A stretch of 64,000 bases of DNA from Octopus sinensis (taxonomy: Eukaryota): positions 107,322,001 to 107,386,000 of the forward strand of contig NC_043003.1 in the NCBI RefSeq assembly GCF_006345805.1, given 5' to 3'. Under the pieces are notes generated by a model. The model saw nothing but the letters and a program-made list of their open reading frames with translations, was not told the origin of the DNA and ran no database searches. Below are positions 61,691 through 64,000 of this stretch, piece by piece. The position numbers and the translations under genes were made by a program. How positions within the stretch are numbered: position 1 is the first letter of the stretch; each line of letters opens with the position of its first letter.

Positions 61691-62788
61691 AGTAATGATT
61701 TCTTAAAGTCGAAATTATTTTGGACGAGTCTAGTCGATTGTATTAACTGGAACTTTATTTTATCGAATTCGGGATTTGAAGTCAGAATGTAAATACAGCA
61801 AAACATATTCACCGATCCAGCATCACTATCAAAATATATGCATTTTTTTCTTCTTTACTTTGCCACAAGAATTAATAATAAATAAAAGATGACTTTAACA
61901 GTAGAGTATCGCGGAATGAATTTCTTTCGGTATTTAGTTTTATCCTTCTATTATTAAAGTTGTAATCTCAACACATTTCGTATCACCCTTCCCCAGTCAC
62001 GATTCTATACCAGGTTTAAATAAATCAACTTTCGTCAGAGTTTATATCCTTCCTAATTAGAACTACTGGGTCACAATTTTAACAATATAATGTCCTGGTT
62101 TTAATTTCTTTTATCAATTTTCTTTTTCACAAAAGAATTGTGACTCATTTTTACAGTGAATGTCTATTAATTTCTGAAAACTGGATTCTCTCACAGTTTG
62201 TCATTGATAAAATATTTTAGCCTTAGTTAAACGAAAAACAAAAACGGATTTTCTTGTGAAAAATTCAACTTATAAAAATAAAATTTAAAAAAACTATATA
62301 AAAGCTTACACTTTTAACTTGTTGAATAATCTATAATAAAGTCTAAGATAATGAAAGAAAACCAATTAATGATTAATTAATAACTGTAGCGCACTGCTCT
62401 AGCGATTTTGGACGATTCCATTTATGACATTAACGCTTCTTTTAGTTGTGTATATGTATGTGTGTGTGAAGGGTTTTTCAGTGTCTATGATGTGTCGTCT
62501 CTTCGCTGCTCATTTATTATTAACAGAACCCCCACCCGTTTCTGTTCTTCAGAGAGTCTGACTGACTTGTTGGTTGCCGCTGCTGCTACATTTTTCGCTT
62601 ACTCCTTCGTTTTACCTTGTTTTGTAGAGGTTTGTTTTGTTCATATTTTTCCACCTCATTTCGCGGTGTTTAAAAATATTCATTTCTACGCAAACATTCC
62701 CGCTAACCGCTTAATTTAATTTACGAAAAAAGACCCAAGGAACGAATTCCTCAGACACCTTCATAAACACAACAGAAATAGTAGCATA

Positions 62789-63304
62789 ATGGCTGAGCAA
62801 TATGATTTAGTAATTGAATTTCTTTCCGACAACTGGCCACACATCACCATGGTGTTGGCTCTGATGCTGGTCGTTTATTTATTCGTCTTCAAGCGAATCC
62901 ACTGCTATTTGCCTTATATAACACGCAAGACTATCCACGGATCATTAAATTCCGAAATGACGTTTCAGATGTCGAGGCTTTTCCATCCTTTGAAAGTGGA
63001 ACAATTAAAATTAGATCGACCCCTGGAAATCTTGGACCTTAGTGGTGCCAGCAGCCGGATCGATTATTTCCCCACGGACTCTCACGTAACCAGCATGGAT
63101 TCGAACCCTTTCATCAGGGCATATATGGAAGCAAAAGGAGTGGAATGCAAGCAGGCAATTTTCAAGGAATTTATAGAATCCTCAATCGATGATTTAGAAG
63201 ATTTGGAATCCGAAAGTTTCGATTCTGTCGTATCATTTCAGACTCTCTGTTCTGTTGGGGAACCAGAAATTGTTTTGCAAGAAATCCTACGAATTCTTCG
63301 ACCT
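62789..63304 (+). CDS. METTL7/TMT1-like class I methyltransferase family protein, exon 1 (172 codons); remainder beyond right edge
   Basis: N-terminal hydrophobic anchor (ITMVLALMLVVYLFVF), VTSMDSNP, ESFDSVVSFQTLCSV and EILRILRP|gtaagt; METTL7 exon 1 typically ends at LRP. Motif I is degenerate. No next exon found in the window. Confidence 0.78.
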
Positions 63305-64000
63305 GTAAGTATTTTAAACTTCTGTGTCCTTATTTCCAATCTTTACTGTCACATATTTTAATTATTTCTAAAAATCGCTTACAAATTTATAATTTCAGGG
63401 ATTTAAATTTAGTAAATATTTAAAAATATTTACTAAATTTTAGATTATAAGCAGTTATATACATTTATTTTTTCGCTCGTTCTATATTTGGTAGTAAACG
63501 ACAGTGTCTTTATGCAGCGGTTTCGGCATGCTAGAAATAGCAGTCAGATTTTCGCATCACATCTTATAGTTTAAAAAAAAAGATGCCCCCCCAAAAACAA
63601 AAACGGGTGATGCCTTGCCTAATTTAGTCCTAGATACTGTAACCGAAAAAGAAAAAATGGTTGGTCATATGTGGAATTCCTTTGGTTCTACACCTGCTCG
63701 ATCGACTTGGGATTACCAGAAAAGTGTAACGGTGTGTTAAATATAAACTGGTTAAGTTATAAATTCTTAATTTTTGTATCGATTCTGAAAGACTCATCGT
63801 ATTTAAAATAATATTGGCGCGCCATACTATTTTAAAAGATAAATCTCCAAATCGAAAGTAACCAGAAAGTAGATGCACCCCCTCTCATTTCAATACCCCT
63901 TTTTGTTAGAATTTCGTATTTAAAGAGCTAGCTTATACACCAATATATTCATTACATTTTCCCCTACAAACCTCTTCACCGAGAAATATTCTTTAAACTA

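Noticed and set aside
62408-62719. 103-aa ORF upstream of the METTL7-like gene
   Set aside because: GTG start, low complexity, no motifs; probably promoter or UTR sequence.

Overview
AT-rich, repeat-dense eukaryotic (metazoan) genomic DNA. The SINE, RTE-LINE and MITE families and the long (AT)n/(TACA)n microsatellites look like those of an octopus or other cephalopod; this is an inference, not a database result. Two protein genes are supported. (1) RRM1 (ribonucleotide reductase large subunit), minus strand: 16 coding exons traced by hand from ATG 30930 to 1453 (672 codons, frame continuous, one GC-AG intron); the last exons lie beyond the left edge. (2) Exon 1 of a METTL7/TMT1-like methyltransferase at 62789-63304 with a degenerate SAM-binding motif. 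There is one intact tRNA-Glu(CTC). The rest is transposon-derived: a 3.4-kb RTE LINE with a PHD finger inside its RT, many RTE 3' ends, mariner, Tc1, piggyBac and Tx1 relics, three tRNA-derived SINE families, non-autonomous Helitrons, MITEs and fold-back palindromes. Most notable: a tRNA-headed element carrying an inverted pair of Penelope-type minimal hammerhead ribozyme motifs in RRM1 intron 13 (plus a second hammerhead family at 52.5 kb), an interleaved or circularly permuted inverted repeat in intron 2, a private inverted duplication bracketing exons 9-10, self-nesting SINEs with a target preference, and an intronic E2F-site cluster. Repeat boundaries without a TSD are approximate.
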